Source of the DNA: Hypanus sabinus
Lineage: Eukaryota
Reading direction: 5' to 3'
Assembly: GCF_030144855.1 (NCBI RefSeq)
Contig: NC_082728.1
Coordinates: forward strand, 33,170,001-33,234,000
Length of the DNA: 64,000 nucleotides
A program made the translations under genes and the position numbers. The notes beneath the pieces are model-generated. The model was given only the letters and a program-made list of their open reading frames with translations, had not been told where the DNA came from and searched no databases. This document shows positions 38,891-52,590 of the stretch, piece by piece (position 1 is the first letter of the stretch; the number at the start of each line of letters is the position of its first letter).

Positions 38891-39671
38891 TCTATGTCTG
38901 TGTTGCAAGTTTGCTATAGCAAAGATAGTATTAGTGATGTAGAGTTTTCTTCATGTGGATTTATGAAAACTATTAATAGTACAGATCAGACAGGTCCAGG
39001 AAAGGATGTTATATGTTATTTTATGTTTTAAACATATGGCTAACAGCTCTTTTAAGATAATATTAAAATTTATGTATTTTGGAATTTAGGCCAGCTTCCC
39101 TCCTCATGGAAAATGGCAGCAGTAGTGCCTATTCTGAAACTTGGAAAATCATATGATATGTTATGGAGAGAGGAAATTAGGAGTGGGAGGACGGCTATAT
39201 AAATTTTTTTCTGAGTTCCTAGTTTGGACGGTCAATGCAGGTAAGGGTAGGTAAGTATATTCAGGCTTCTATGAGCTGGAGAATGCGACTCCACAAGGCA
39301 GTATTTGCAGCTCTTTATTGTTTAATAGTATGATTGATATTATTTTCTCCGAGATGGGCGCTGGGGCGGGTGAATTACTCTTTGCAGGTGATGGAGTTAT
39401 GTGGCTCAGAGGAAATAAATGCAATTAGCAATTAATAAGGCTGAACAATGGGCAATTAGATTGGGCTTTAAGCTTTCAGTAGCTAAAACACAACAAATGT
39501 TCTACAAAGAAGATCAATAGACCTGCACTCAAATTGATATTGTACAGTCAAGTGTCAGTAGTAAGATTTTTTTGGCATGTGGCTGGACAATACGCTGACA
39601 TGGAAACACCGTATCAGTAAGATAATTGACAAATGTAAAGGAGTATTAAATATTCTTGGGTGTCTGTGTGG

Positions 39672-40114
39672 GTCAGAGTCCGGATCTCAATCCAATCGAA
39701 AATTTGTGGCTGGACTTGAAAAGGGCTGTTCACTCATGATCCCCATGCAATCTGACCTAGCTTGAATAGTTTTGAAAAAAAAGAATGGGGAAAAGTTGCA
39801 GTTCGCAGATGTGCAAAGCTGATAGAGACCTATCCACACAGATTCAATGAAGGCTGTAATTGCTGCCAAAGTTGCATTTACTAAATACTGTCCTGAAAGA
39901 AGTTGAATGCTCATGCAATCAATTATTTTGTGTTTATTTGTAACTAATTTAGATCACTTTGTCGAAATCTGTTTCCCCTTTGACATGAAAGAGCCTTTTT
40001 TTCTGTTATCAGTATCAAAAAAGCCAATTTAAATTCACTGTGATTCAATGTTGTAAAACAATAAAACATAAACATGTCTGCTAGGGGGGTGGTGTATGCT
40101 TTTTATCACCACTG
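39672..40114 (+). mobile_element. Tc1-like transposon 3' fragment
   Basis: QSPDLNPIENLWLDLKRAV; ends CACTG followed by TA. Confidence 0.85.
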
Positions 40115-41857
40115 TACATAGAAATGAATGATGCATTTTTAAATAAAGTATCATACTACACATATCAATAGAATAGATCAATAGAGCAGTTTAAATGGCC
40201 TTTTACTTTGAGCTGACCGCCTCAGGTTGTTGCAGCAATATCAATGGAAGAGACAATCAAGTTAGTTTACAAAATAAATACTTTAAGTGGTCTGTCATTG
40301 TTTATAAATATTTTGCAATTTGGAAATCTTTTTAGAAATCAGAGATCCTCTGTGTTTTAAATGTGTTAATAACACATACCTGATTTTAAATGTATATCAT
40401 TAAAAATAAAATGAAGAGTTTTAAACTACGTTGTCAGCAGGAAGTGACACTGCATTCTTTAAGTGTCCTCCTGGTGTGAACTGTAAGCCTGCAATTGCCC
40501 TTAGTAAACTAGTTCCATTCGCTGTATACATTGTGTGTTTATTTTTTACTTGCACGTAAATTCCCTAAGAGTGAATTTTGATCCCACATCTCAGAATTTT
40601 TGATGACGATTTGTAAAATCTGTAATAATGAACTTTCATTACCCCAACTGCTAAAATGCTGGGTACACAGATCATTTATAGACCCGTAATGTGAGTTATT
40701 AATTTCTGCCTTGGAAACAAGCAGTGTAAGCTTTTTGATTTGGCCTCAATTACAGCATTATAAAAAGAAAGTTAAGATCCTTTAACAATCAAATGCTAAG
40801 TTGATTTTCACTTAAAACAATGGTTCCCAAACTTTTCTGGTTTGTCACCCGCTTGGTTCCAAGACCCCAGTGCCCCCTTCTCCCTTTCCTGAATTACTCA
40901 ACATCTATAAAGCATTTTGATTTATGATGCACAGTTAAAGAAAATAGGAACTGCAAATTCAAAGTAGTGACAAATCATTGAAAAATTTTTAAAATCTATT
41001 TGAAGCTGCAAACAGAATTATTTCTTTACTTAGTTATAGAGAAAACTTTTTTCATCAATAATTTTAGAGTGTACTTTAGCAGTCCAAATATTCATTGCTC
41101 TTCCACCATTCAATGGGATGGATAAGCTTTGTGCAGTGATATCAGCTTTGCAGGCTAAATGTCATTCAGCAGGAATCTCAGATCCCATGTTTGGTAACTT
41201 GGAGTCTGTTTCATTACTTTGAAAGAATTTTGGGAAGTGCACTGAAACCATACTCCACAAAATATGATGTTGGAAAGACATTAAAGAACAATTTGAACTT
41301 TTTCTATAGTGCAGGATAACATTGGGAAATTTCTTTCTGGAATCAAAAATCATTATGAATTTTTTGAAACTTGGCTTCAGCTCAGTCATTTTGAAGTGAG
41401 ATCAGATCTTCCTCCATTCTTCCTGTCAATTTCCCAGTAAAGTGTTCAGGAATGAATTTATTAACCAACCTAGAATTTGGATTGAGAGAAGATCTTAAAA
41501 TCTCTCAGGCATGTCTTTATGTAGCTCACCTAGGAGGGTACAGTTTACTTGAAGGTCATCATCTGGTATTTTTTCTCGTCACTTGTTTTGGGCGGTGGTA
41601 AAACAAGTACTTAACATGTTTTCAACAAAAATGCTAGCTGATAATCAGATAGTTGTGAAATAGTAGGTTTAACACGGTGGCTCCAAAAGCCACTTTGTGG
41701 TATTGTGTACCAGCAAAGATAGCAAATTGATCAGGAACTCAAGTCCGGGGAAGGTCCAAGCACACGTTAGGCATTTGGCATTACCTGGTACATCAGGAGC
41801 AAAGAAGGAATAGTAGTATAAATACTCATTTACTTTTAAGAATTTACATAAATGCAA

Positions 41858-42255
41858 TCACTTAATCTGAACATTGACTTCTCTAACTTCCGTTAATGCC
41901 CCTGCTCCCCTTCTTACCCCATCCCTGACATATTTAGTTGTTTGCCTGTTCTCCATCTCCCTCTGGTGCTTCCCCCCACCTCTTTCTCCTGAGGCCTCCC
42001 GTCCCATGATCCTTTCCCTTCTCCAGCTCTGTATCACTTTCGCCAATCACCTTTCCAGCCCTTAGCTTCATCCCACCCCCTCCGGTCCTCTCCTATCATT
42101 TCGTATTTCCCCCTCCCTCCACTACTTTCAAATCTCTTACTATCTTTCCTTTCGGTTAGTCCTGATGAAGGGTCTCGGCCCGAAACGTCGACAGCGCTTC
42201 TCCCTATAGATGCTGCCTAGCCTGCTGTGTTCCACCAGCATTTTGTTTGTGTTGT
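41858..42255 (+). mobile_element. Penelope-like element 3' end
   Basis: CT-rich segment followed by CCTGATGAAGGGTCTCGGCCCGAAACGTCGAC...GATGCTGCCTAGCCTGCTGTG; same end as 51300-51640. Confidence 0.85.
42155..42196 (+). ncRNA. Minimal type I hammerhead ribozyme (Penelope-associated)
   Basis: GTC-CTGATGA-A-GGGT(CTCG)GCCC-GAAAC-GTC|GAC: intact core, helix II hairpin, palindromic ACGT helix III, helix I GTC/GAC. Confidence 0.8.
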
Positions 42256-42289
42256 CACTTAATCTTCAGTAGTTCTCCCACCTCCCTGA

Positions 42290-45200
42290 AAGATTACTAA
42301 TGCAGCCTCTGCAATGTCAGTTTTGCTTTATGTTCAGATTCATGGAAACCTGCTCCCCTGGAGCGTACACGTGCAAGAAATTTCAGCTAATCCAACAGTT
42401 CAGGAACAAGGTGGCTGAACTTGAGGAGGAGGTAGCTGACCTGCGATGTTGTACAGAATTGGCATTGTGCTCCAGCTGTCCTTTAGAGAGATGGTGTTCA
42501 CACCACGATAGCTGCAGGTTGAGACTCCAGACCAGAAAGAAAAAGACAGCGTTAGAAGCGTCCAACCATTTTGAACAATTAGCAATGCTCGATGACTACC
42601 ATGAAACCTCTGAGGTGGTATGAGGACAGAAGAGCCCCACAGGTCCTCCAATGCTAAACCTAAGCCCTGGAGAAAGGAAGTAGTTGTAGTAGGGAACTCA
42701 ATTTAAAGGGAGTGGGTGTTGAGAATCAGGTGTGTCCTGACAAGGAGTCTTGTACAGTCTGTTCCCTACTAGGAACACAACTGGGAGACCTCCCTGGATG
42801 AGTAGATAGATTCTGGCCAGAGCTGGGCTGGATCCAGCAGTAATTGCCCACATTGCAATAAATAACCTACTGTGGGTAAGGGCAGGCTGTCAGTTCTGGA
42901 AGACAAATGTAAAGAGTTAGGTCGGAATGTTAGGGGCAGAAATGATTTGGTGGTCTTCTTGGCAATTCTGGCTGTGCCACGTGTCAGTTCAGGTAAGATG
43001 GAGGAGATTATAGAATTGAATGTGTGGCTCAAATCGTGGTGTGTGTTGGAGAGAATATGGTTGTGGGACATCGGGGTGCCTTTTGGGGGAGATGGAACCT
43101 AAACCACTGATGGGTTGCATATGAACCGAAGGGTCACTAATGTATTGGGAAGGCGTATGCTTACAGGTAGTTGAGGATGTTTAAACTAGGGAATGGGGAG
43201 CAGGGAACTTGGAACAGGCCAGGCTCAACTGTTTAAACATCTTAGTGGATAATAACATATTAGGGCATAAACCAATTATAGGCCTCAAAAATATAAAAAT
43301 GGGTCAGAATAGGATAAAAAAAAATAAACCAAGCGTGGCCTGTATAAATGCAAGAAATATTAAGAATAAAATAACCAAGCTGGAATTATGTGCAAGAGCT
43401 GTTAAGTATGATAATACTTAACCTGGCTGACCTCAAAATATGGTGATTAATATAATATTAAAGAATATACTTGGGAAAGATAGGCAAGATAATAAAGGTG
43501 GAGGAGTAGCTATTTACATAGAGGAGAAGTTAAACATGAGGCTGCTTATGATAAGAAATGAGTCCAGACTTAGTGAAGGTTTCTGGGTGAGAATTGAAAG
43601 CTGTAAGGATAAAGGAATAACATTGATTGTAAGTTATAGACCTCCTAATGCTGATAGTGATTTTAATAAACAACTCTATCAGAATATTAAAAAAGCAAGT
43701 TCTGAGGATGATGGTATATTTATAGGCGACTATAATTTGCCAAATATTGAGTGGGAGAAACCAGTGTCAAATGGATTACAAAAAAGTGAATTCATTGAGT
43801 TATTCAATGATTGTTTTTTTTAACCCAGTATGTTAATGCACCAACAAAAGGGGAGATTTGTCTAGATTTGATATTCTGTAACAATCAGGATAGGATTTTG
43901 ATTACTAAGTTGTTGATTTTTTTAGGAACGACTGGTCATAACATTGTTGGTCTCAAAGATTTTTGGGAGAGTATATCAGTAAAAACCAAAGCCATTAAAT
44001 TGAATTTCAGAAAGGCAAAGTTTGTGCAGATGCACCAAAGACTTCAGACAGTAAACTGGAAGGAAATGCTTGACATTGAGTCAGTCGAGGAACAACACAA
44101 TCGATTTTAGAGGTAATACACTCTGTGCAGGAAGTGTTCATAAACAAGGTTGGGAGAAACAATATAAACAATATTGGATGAATAAAGAGTTACATAAAAT
44201 ATTGAAGAAAGGACAGCTGTATAAGGAATACCAAAAAAATAGTTATGATGTTAACCATAGGGCATATGAAAATACGAAAACTATAGTCAAGAGGGAAAAT
44301 CAAAATGCCAGAAGGCAGGTTGCGAAGAATATTGCTGATAATGCTAAGATCGATCCTAGGAGGTTTTTTTCAATACTTGAGTAGTTAAAGAAATATCAAG
44401 GATGAAATTAAGTGTATTAGGAATAATAATGGGGTGTTAAATTATGGAGGGAAGGACACAATGGATACTCTTGACTCATATTTTGTTGAAGTATTCACCT
44501 GTGAAGATGTTAGCAATATGCCAGTAAGTGTAGAGAAAAATAAGATTATTTTAAGTGACTTTGAGATCTTAGAAAGTGAAGCCCTGCTTCAGCTGAAAAG
44601 ACTCAAAGTTAATAAATCTCCAGGGCCAGACAACGTATATCCAAGGGGATTTAAAGAGGTCTGTGTGCAAACATGTATTTTACTGAAGCCATTAAAGACT
44701 GGTGAAATTCCCAAGGACTGGAATGGGCTAATGTTGTTCCAGTATATAAGAAGGGTGACCACACTGACACTGGTAACTATAATCCAGTAAGCATGATGTT
44801 TATTGCAGGCAAGATAATGGAAACAATAGTAACAAATGAGATGGAAAAGAAGATGATTAGAACAGGTGTGTTACCAGAATGCCAGCATGGGTTCAGAAAG
44901 GGGAAACCGTGTTTTACTAATATGCTGGAGTTCTATGAAGAGGCAACTAAAGTTTCTGATAACAACAGAGCGGTTGATATCACTTGCATGGACTTTCAGA
45001 AGCCTTTGACATGAGAGGTTAATAATCAAGTTTAAGAAGATAGGGATTCAGAGTAAGGTGTGCGAATGGATGAGAATTGGCTCAGAAACAGAAAACATCA
45101 AGTTAAGGTGAGAGGATCATTTTCACACCTAGAAAATGTTAAAGTGGGGTTCCGCAGGGATCAGTTTTGGGACCACAGATGTTTTTAATTTGCATTAATG

Positions 45201-46060
45201 ATTTGGATAAGCATATAACAAATAAACTGATAAAGTTTACCGATGATACAAAATTAGGTTAACATTCAGGCAACAGAATCAATACAGTTAGAGCTAAACA
45301 AAATCTAGATGTGGACAGATGAATGGCAGGTGAAATTTAATGTAAGTAAATGTACAATATTACATAAGGGAGGTGGAAATATTAGATACGTATACAATGG
45401 GGAGATCTTGAGCTGGAAAGTGCACGGTATGAGAAGGATTTGGGTGTATTGGTAGACTCATCACTATCAACATCTAGACAATGCACAGATGAGATTAGGA
45501 AGGTTAATACAGAATTGGTCTGTATAATATGCTCAGTGGAGTTCAGGTTGAGATACATTCTCCTTAAGTTGCTTAATGCTCCTATGAGGTCACACCTTGA
45601 ATTCTGTGTTTAATTTTGGTCTCCATTTTGTGTGAGGAATGTGAAGTCACTGAAGAGAGTTCAGAGAAGAGTGACTAGATTCATTCTAGGTCTGCAGGGT
45701 TTGGGCTCTGAAGAAAGATTGAAAGAATTAAATCTTTTTCGCCTAAGTAAATCTAGAATGTAAGGAGACATGATATAGGTGTTCAAAACCATTAAGGGTA
45801 TAAATAAAGCGGATGCCAGCTATTAATACAAAATTAATCCATCATCAAGGACACGGGGCAATAAGTGTTGACTGGTTAAAGGGAGATTTCAGACCAACAT
45901 CAGGAAGCATTTCTTTACACAGCAAGTGGATACATGGAACAAACTACCTAGTTGTGGAATTGAGAGTGGCACCTTAGAGACTTCTAAATCTAAGCTCGGT
46001 AGTTACTTCAACACACTATGAATAGGAATTTATCAAGCATAATTGAGCCGAATGGCCTGT
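42290..46060 (+). mobile_element. Old near-full-length CR1 LINE (zinc finger/esterase ORF1, EN-RT ORF2), heavily decayed
   Basis: CQFCFMF..CKKFQLIQQFRNKVAELEEEV; INARNI, SYRPPN, GDYNLP, CLDLIF, KSPGPDN, QHGFRKGK. Confidence 0.88.
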
Positions 46061-46883
46061 TGTCAAAAATTTTTAATGTTCTCATGCCCAAATGAGAGAG
46101 GCTTGGAAATTGGAAAAGGTTGTGATGTCCAATGTTGTACTTCAATAGAGATAACATGGACAAAAATGTGGTGACCACTGATTTGACTTTGATAAGATTC
46201 ATATCATTTCATTGTAATTGAAGATTTATTTCATAAAACTTGCAAATAATTTTGTCAAATAAGCAATGTCATGCCTAATATTCTTATGTTTTTCAGTGAA
46301 TGAAGCATTCGAGTGTTCAACGATTTTTATCACAATTTCCAAAAGCCCATAAAAGCGTCTCTGGCAGGTTCTTTTTGAGAGCCACCTGACTTCTGTGTGC
46401 AACAACAAGCACACTGTTCATTATTCTCAATACAAAGCTCTCTAAATTTCTAAAATTGAGAATATGGGACATTATTTTTACTTACTGCCAAAATAACAGT
46501 ACTTAATGATTTCTCTGGCCAGTCACTTAGATATTTTGTTACAAGATCTTGTCTATAAATTACACAGTGAATGGTAAATATGTTAGGTAAATATTCCTCA
46601 AGAAAGTAATAATTCCATGGTGTTGTCCTGTCAGTCATGCTTCCCCATCTGTTGTACAAGCAAAAATGTTGGTGAGCAGAATGTCCTTCTCTTTGAAAAG
46701 TGTTCAACACCCTGAAATATTGACTCATTCCTTTCTGTTTCTTATCCCCGTGTAAATAACAAATCATGAACCAAGCTTTCATCTTCTTTGACACAAACAA
46801 AACCAAGAAGCAACATTCATTGCCTGGCAAAGTTAACTCATCCAACTGCAGAGCAAATTCTAATACCCTAAGCATATTGCCTA

Positions 46884-47702
46884 TGTTACGTATCCAGTAA
46901 CTGGATAACTTACCAGCAAAGATAGAGAGGTCCATTGGAGTCTGATGGCACTATTTTCAAATATTTTTATTCATAAAGGGGGGCACAAAAGTAAGGTTAA
47001 TACAAACATTCAGATCATATACGTCGGCAAAACTCAATCTGAAGCGTGGGTATAGCAATAATCATCATTAAGAAATAATCTCGACTGTTGTCTAGGGGAT
47101 AATATATTGTCCGTTGGAAATATAAAAGTCACTCAGAAGTCTGCAGGCTTCAGCCTTTTGGGGAATCGCTGGGTTTCACATGTTTTAGAGAGATTGGTGA
47201 GAAAAGGAAAAAACTTACCCGGGTCTTTATGAAGCAACTCCGTTGAATCAGGGGAGCGTTGGTTCCCCGTTGTTAGTTCAAAGTCCTTTTCAGTTTTATC
47301 AGCCACCCGCTCCCCAGGCAAAGGAGAGACGGAACGCACATGGCTTTGAATGGCTTCCAGCTAGCACGTGAGTGCTGAGCGATGGAGTCCTGGTGCGTCG
47401 CTGGGGTACCGGCTCCTGCAGTCCCCTTTTATCTTGACTTGCAGAGTTGTAGATGTCCATCAAAGTAGGGTGACGCAATCCCCACCCCCACATTGCCCAA
47501 GGGTGTCCATATCCATAGTAGCTGTCACGTAGCAGGGACATGCAATTCACACAGGTGTCTCTAAGAACAATGGTCAAAACCGTTGCATTGTCTCTCGTTT
47601 CCTGGGTCCGAGACCCGAATTAATAGTGATCTTGCGATTCTGCGGAAGGAGGGGGCTGCTCCCGCCCCTTCGGCCCCTCAGAGCTGTGGTACATTCATAA
47701 CA
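46884..47702 (-). mobile_element. Solo LTR related to family-2 LTR (16225-17085)
   Basis: TGTTACG...CATAACA ends, 4-bp TSD CCTA, reverse-complement homology to 16225 onward. Confidence 0.9.
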
Positions 47703-48639
47703 CCTAATATGTCTTCCACTTTCTCAGCCATTTCATGTATTTGTCTTTGAACAGAGTTGGCAAGTGAAATCGCTTTAATTATTTGATGTGGTGACTTATG
47801 CGAAACTGCACTCAGAACTTCCCTTGCTGCTGGCAGAATTGGTTATTATTCAATTATTTGGTTGGGGGGGCGTGTTCCAGAATATTGTATGAAGCATGCA
47901 AACTATCATTGTTTTGTTAAGAGCAGGCAAGCATGTTTTGAAGATGTTTCCATTTCTGAAAGTTTCCACAAAGTGACTGAAAGTAAGGCAAGTTCTTGCT
48001 TGCTTTGTCAACCTTAAATTTCAGGGCAATATTTACTCATGTTTCAACTTACAAGTTCACTCAGCTGTTGTTCTTTCAAAAGCACAACATGATTGAAAAT
48101 GCATTGATAGGATCAAAGCAAGGCTGAGTTTATTCTTGCTTCTGATTGTTCATGAAGAGCTGCTGCTGAGCTATTGTTTCCGAATTGCCAAGACCATGCA
48201 GTAAAACTGTTGTCATAAAGCTGCTGAGTGAGAAATTGTGTATTTATATCCAGCAATGAGGAAAGCATAGCGATGCATTTTCAATTCAAGATAGAATGTG
48301 ATTTGGAAGGGAAATTGAAAGGACGGCAGGTTACCATATCACTTGCGACCCTCATCCATCTACATCACACTTATTGCACTCTTGGGAGCTGCCCTGAGGT
48401 AGCACAGAAACTTTTTTGTAATTCATGAAAAATAACAGATTTTTTAAGACAATGGATCCAGAATGGAACTGAGATCCATTGTCTTAAAAATCTGGTTTGT
48501 TTCCTGAATTTCAGTAGTTTGATATGTTGAAAGTATTGGATAATTCCCTGTGAATACCACAGGCTCATTCCTATTGTTGAAAAAGTACCAGTTTTTGGAG
48601 TTTGGGGGAGCTTGGTATGTCACCCAAGACTTGCAATTC

Positions 48640-49040
48640 TTTTTACAGATACACCGAGGAGAGCATTCTAACTTGTTGCTTCAGTGTCTGGTATGAAGTG
48701 GCCACTACTCAGGATCAGAAAAAGTGACAGAAGGTTGCAAGCTCAGCCAGCTCCATCATGGGTACTAGCCTCCCCAGCATCGAGGGCATCTTCAGAAGCC
48801 TTTACCTCGAAAAGAGCCCCATGACCCAAACATGCCTTTTTGTCAAGGAGCAGGTACTCAAGCCCTAAAGGCACATACTAAATGTTTCAAGAACAAGTTC
48901 TTTCTCTCTGCCCTCACTATATTTTTAATTTGTTTGCTCTCTTTTAACACTATAATTTTATAATACATATTCCTTATTGTGATTTATAGTTTTTATTATT
49001 ATACATTGTAATGTACTGCTGCCACAAACCAATGATATTA
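48640..49040 (+). mobile_element. Rex1-like LINE 3' fragment
   Basis: ESILTCCFSVWY...SSIMGTSLPSIEGIF pattern and tail. Confidence 0.7.
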
Positions 49041-50159
49041 AATCTTATTCTGACTTAAAGCAAAAATTTACTTTGCCACCTTATTTTCATCAAACCATTC
49101 AATAATTGTTTGAATTTTAAATAATTACTTTGTAAGATTTGACCTCAAATACTATATAAACCATTCTAATGACAAATCTCTTTACATAGACACACATAGT
49201 CTTTACAGAAGCTCATATCCATTGGCCTAAGTGCACTGTTGTTAAATATAGCTCTAACTTTGAACCCCATATCCAGTTACTTGTCCTAATCAGACTTAAT
49301 AACCGTATGAACACCTTTCTCTGTTTGCTTCTGTGGCATAAATGTGTGTCCCAGGTTTCATGAGGGTATTAGGATATCAGCCTGTCAATCAGAAAACTGG
49401 CCTTCAAAGGGAAGGCCATTGTGGTTCTTTGGCCTCCAGTTGGCAGAACTGTGCTTATGATGTTAGCATTGATTTGCTTTAGTAACTTTGAGAGAAGGGC
49501 AGGAGACTAATGGGCCTACAGGCATATACACACTTCCCTTCTTGGAAGTTTCATACCCCCTGGAGAGAGCAAATGGGGCTTTAGTTAGTCAACATAGCTG
49601 AAAGAAAGTACTTCAATTGTGTGTTTCTGGTTCGGAACTGTAGAGTCATAGAACCTTACAGCTCTAAAATGGACTTTGTCCACCATGACTGTAGTGCCCA
49701 TCAAAGCTAATCCTTTCTTGCCTGCATTAGGCCCTTCACCCTCAATGCCTTTACAATCCAAATACCCTTCTAAAGCCCTTTTAAACATTGTATATTCCTC
49801 TGCCACTTCCTCCAGCAGATCAGTCCGGATAATCACCACACTCTGTGTGAAAGGTTACCCTTTCAAACTCATTTAAATTTCACCTAAAATGTGTCCTCTG
49901 GTTCTAGAATCTCCTGCCTTGAGAAAAGAAAGAGTCTTGACACTTTATCCCTGTTAATTTTCTAAATCGCCACCCAGTCTCATCATTGCTCTGCAACACT
50001 CTTTTCCAAGCAACATCAAGGTGACTTTCTTCTGCACTTTTTACAGCACACATCCTTCCTGTGCTCAAATGTGAGAGGAATTCTAATCTTCCTTCTACAT
50101 AATTAATCTAAGTTGGTAATCTGAATGTGCTGTATATGCGGAATCTGTGTGTTTAACCC

Positions 50160-51640
50160 CACAGATGGTATAATGATTAGACCACTTTCCCAATGCTGGA
50201 CCTGGAACTATGCCTACCTTTTCATCAGCTGCTTGGAACAGTCTATACTCCAAGCCTACACTGGTATTGCATCCCAACACTTTCTGCACCACATTGACAA
50301 CTTGGAGCTGCTTCATCTATTTCATCAACTTTATCCTCAACTTCAACTCCACTCTTAAATTTACTTGTTGCATTGCTGACAGCTCTCTCCCCTTTCTCAA
50401 TCTCTCTGGAAGCACACTATCTGCTAATGTATTTTATAAACCTATCGAGTCTCACAGCTATCTTGTGTATCCCTGTTTTCAACCTTTCACTTGTAAAAAT
50501 ACTATTCCCTTTTCTCAATTCCCTTAACCCTGCTCCCTCTATTCTCAGGATAAGGCTTTCCATTCCAGAACATCTGAGATGTCCTCCTCTTTCAAAGAAT
50601 GGGGTTTCATTTCCTCTACAATTGATGCTGCCCTTATCCGTATCTCCTCTATTTCCTGGATATACACTCTTGCCTAATCCTTACCTATAATCCCATGAGT
50701 CTCCACATCCAGAACATCATTCTCTTTAACATCTGCCATCTTCATTAAGTATATCTTTCTCTACCTGCCCCCATTCTCTGTTTTCTGTAGGGTGCAGATT
50801 TTGCTCTCTGGGTGACTCCATTGTCCAGTCATCCTTCTCCAAGCACTTATCCCTGCAAGTGGCAGAAGTGCTACACCTGCCCCTTCACTTCCTCCGTCAC
50901 CAACATTCAAGGCCCCAAACAGTCCATCCAGGTGAGACAACACTTCATCATCTGTCAGGATTCACCTGCTGTATCTGGTGTTCCTGGTGCTGCCTCTTCT
51001 ACATCTATGAGACCTGATGTAGATTGGTGCTCTGTTTAATTGAATACCCTTGCTCCACCCACCACAACAGGCGGGATTTCCCATTGGCCATATATCTAAA
51101 TTCTACTTCCTATTCCCATTCCAACATATCAGTCCATGGCCTCCTCTACTTTGACAATGAGGCCACTGTCAGGTTGGAAGAGCAGCTCCTCATATTCCAT
51201 CTAGGTAGCCTCCAACCTGATGACGAGAACACCATTTCTCTAACTTCTGCTAATTTCTTCCCCCTCCTCCTTCTCTCTTATTCTATTCCCATTCTGGCTC
51301 TCTCTTACCCCTTCTTTTCTCATCCCTTGCTCAACACCCCTCTCTTGTGCCCCTGCTTCTTCCCTTTCTCCCTTGGATCTCTCCTATGAAATTCCTTCTT
51401 TTTCAGCCCTTTACTTTTGCTACCTATCACCTGCCAGCTTCACACTTTAGTCCCCCTCAACTGGCTTCACCTATCACCTGCCACCTTATGCTCCTTCTCC
51501 TTCTCCTCCTCCCCTTCTTATTCTGACCTCCCCCCCTTTACTTTGCAGTCCTGATGAAGAGTCTCGGTCTGGAATGTTGACTGTTTATTCGCCTCCATTG
51601 ATGCTGCCTGACCTATGGAGATCCTCTGGTAATTTTTGTG
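50160..51640 (+). mobile_element. Penelope-like element 3' half (RT C-terminus, GIY-YIG region), decayed
   Basis: FNSTLKFTCCIADSSLPFLNL..FYKPIESHSYL..IPFSQF; PCKWQKCYTCPF; degenerate hammerhead at about 51548-51585. Confidence 0.88.
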
Positions 51641-52074
51641 TTTTGCTCGTAGACTGGTCTGTATCTTTGACTCCCAAGAAATAGTTTGAAAAAGGAGCCA
51701 TATTCACCACCAGGACACTGTTGTGTGTTTTGTGCTGTCTATAATGGTGAACTTATAACTCTAAACCATGAATTAACAGCATTTGTGAATTTAATTCAGC
51801 ACTTCCTTTTAATTTCAGCAAGGGGATATTTCCTCATATTGACTGCAGTTCATCTTGCCCTGCACACTAGGTGGAGTGAGAGACCAGTGCAGCCAAATAA
51901 ACCAGTGGTGCAATGAACCCAGCCTTTGGGCTGGGAATCAGAAGATCATGTGGTTCAATCTGTTGGCAAAGGAATCACACAATGGAGAATAAGAAGCCAA
52001 AGATTATATTTATTTCCAAAATTAGATCAGTAACATTGCTAATCACTTCACAAAACAATTTTTAAAAATCCCAC

Positions 52075-52590
52075 AGCTTTTGGTCACCTAATTACAGGAA
52101 GGATATTAATAAGGTTGAAAGAGTGCAGAGAAGGTTTACAAGGATGTTGCCAGGACTTGAGAAACTGAGTTACAGAGAAAGGTTGAATAGATTAGGACTT
52201 TATTCCCTGGAGCGTAGGAGAATGAGGGGTGATTTGATAGAGGTGTTTGAAATTATGATGGGTATAGATAGTGAATGCAAGCAGGCTTTTTCCACTGAGG
52301 CCAGGGGAGAAAAAAATCCAGAGGTCATGGTGAAGGGGGAAAAATTTAAAGGGAACATGGGGGGGGGGGCTTCTTCACGCAGAGAGTGGTGGGAGTGTGG
52401 AATGTGCAGCCAGATGAAGTGATGAATGCGGGCTCACGTTTAACATTTAAGAAAAACTTGGACAGGTATATGGATGAGAGGGGTTTGGAGGGATATAGCC
52501 CAGGTGCAGGTCTGTGGGACTAGACAGAAAAATCGTTCGGCACAGCCAAGGGCCAAAAGGCCTGTTTCTGTGCTGTAATGTTCTATGGTT
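52075..52590 (+). mobile_element. CR1 3' fragment
   Basis: QRRFTRMLPGLEKLSYRERLNRLGLYSLERRRMRGDLIE; tail. Confidence 0.9.

Larger units (their letters stand above)
31400..39670 (+). mobile_element. Nimb/I-clade LINE, decayed and split by later insertions
   Basis: ORF1 ...GYIPPLLRCSKSQRFGHVAAVC; ORF2 EN ILQWNAKSL..DIRCIQKTW, resumes at 35907 (CGNLNTH, AIDLTLVS), 37050 (VPWW), 38900-39670 (TPQGS, WLDNTLTWK). Confidence 0.8.
40818..48380 (-). mobile_element. Charlie/ZBED5-type hAT transposon, fragmented by Penelope end, CR1 and solo LTR
   Basis: CAATGGTTCCCAAAC terminus at 40818; LLLHTEVRWLSK and IAYL motifs at 46226-46414; further fragments 41100-41650 and 47700-48380. Confidence 0.72.

Noticed and set aside
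40430-40750. Short open frames in non-repeat DNA as an Ig exon remnant
   Set aside because: No Ig motifs in the frames I translated
51895-51965. tRNA gene (box A/box B-like)
   Set aside because: No cloverleaf; at best an old tRNA-derived SINE head
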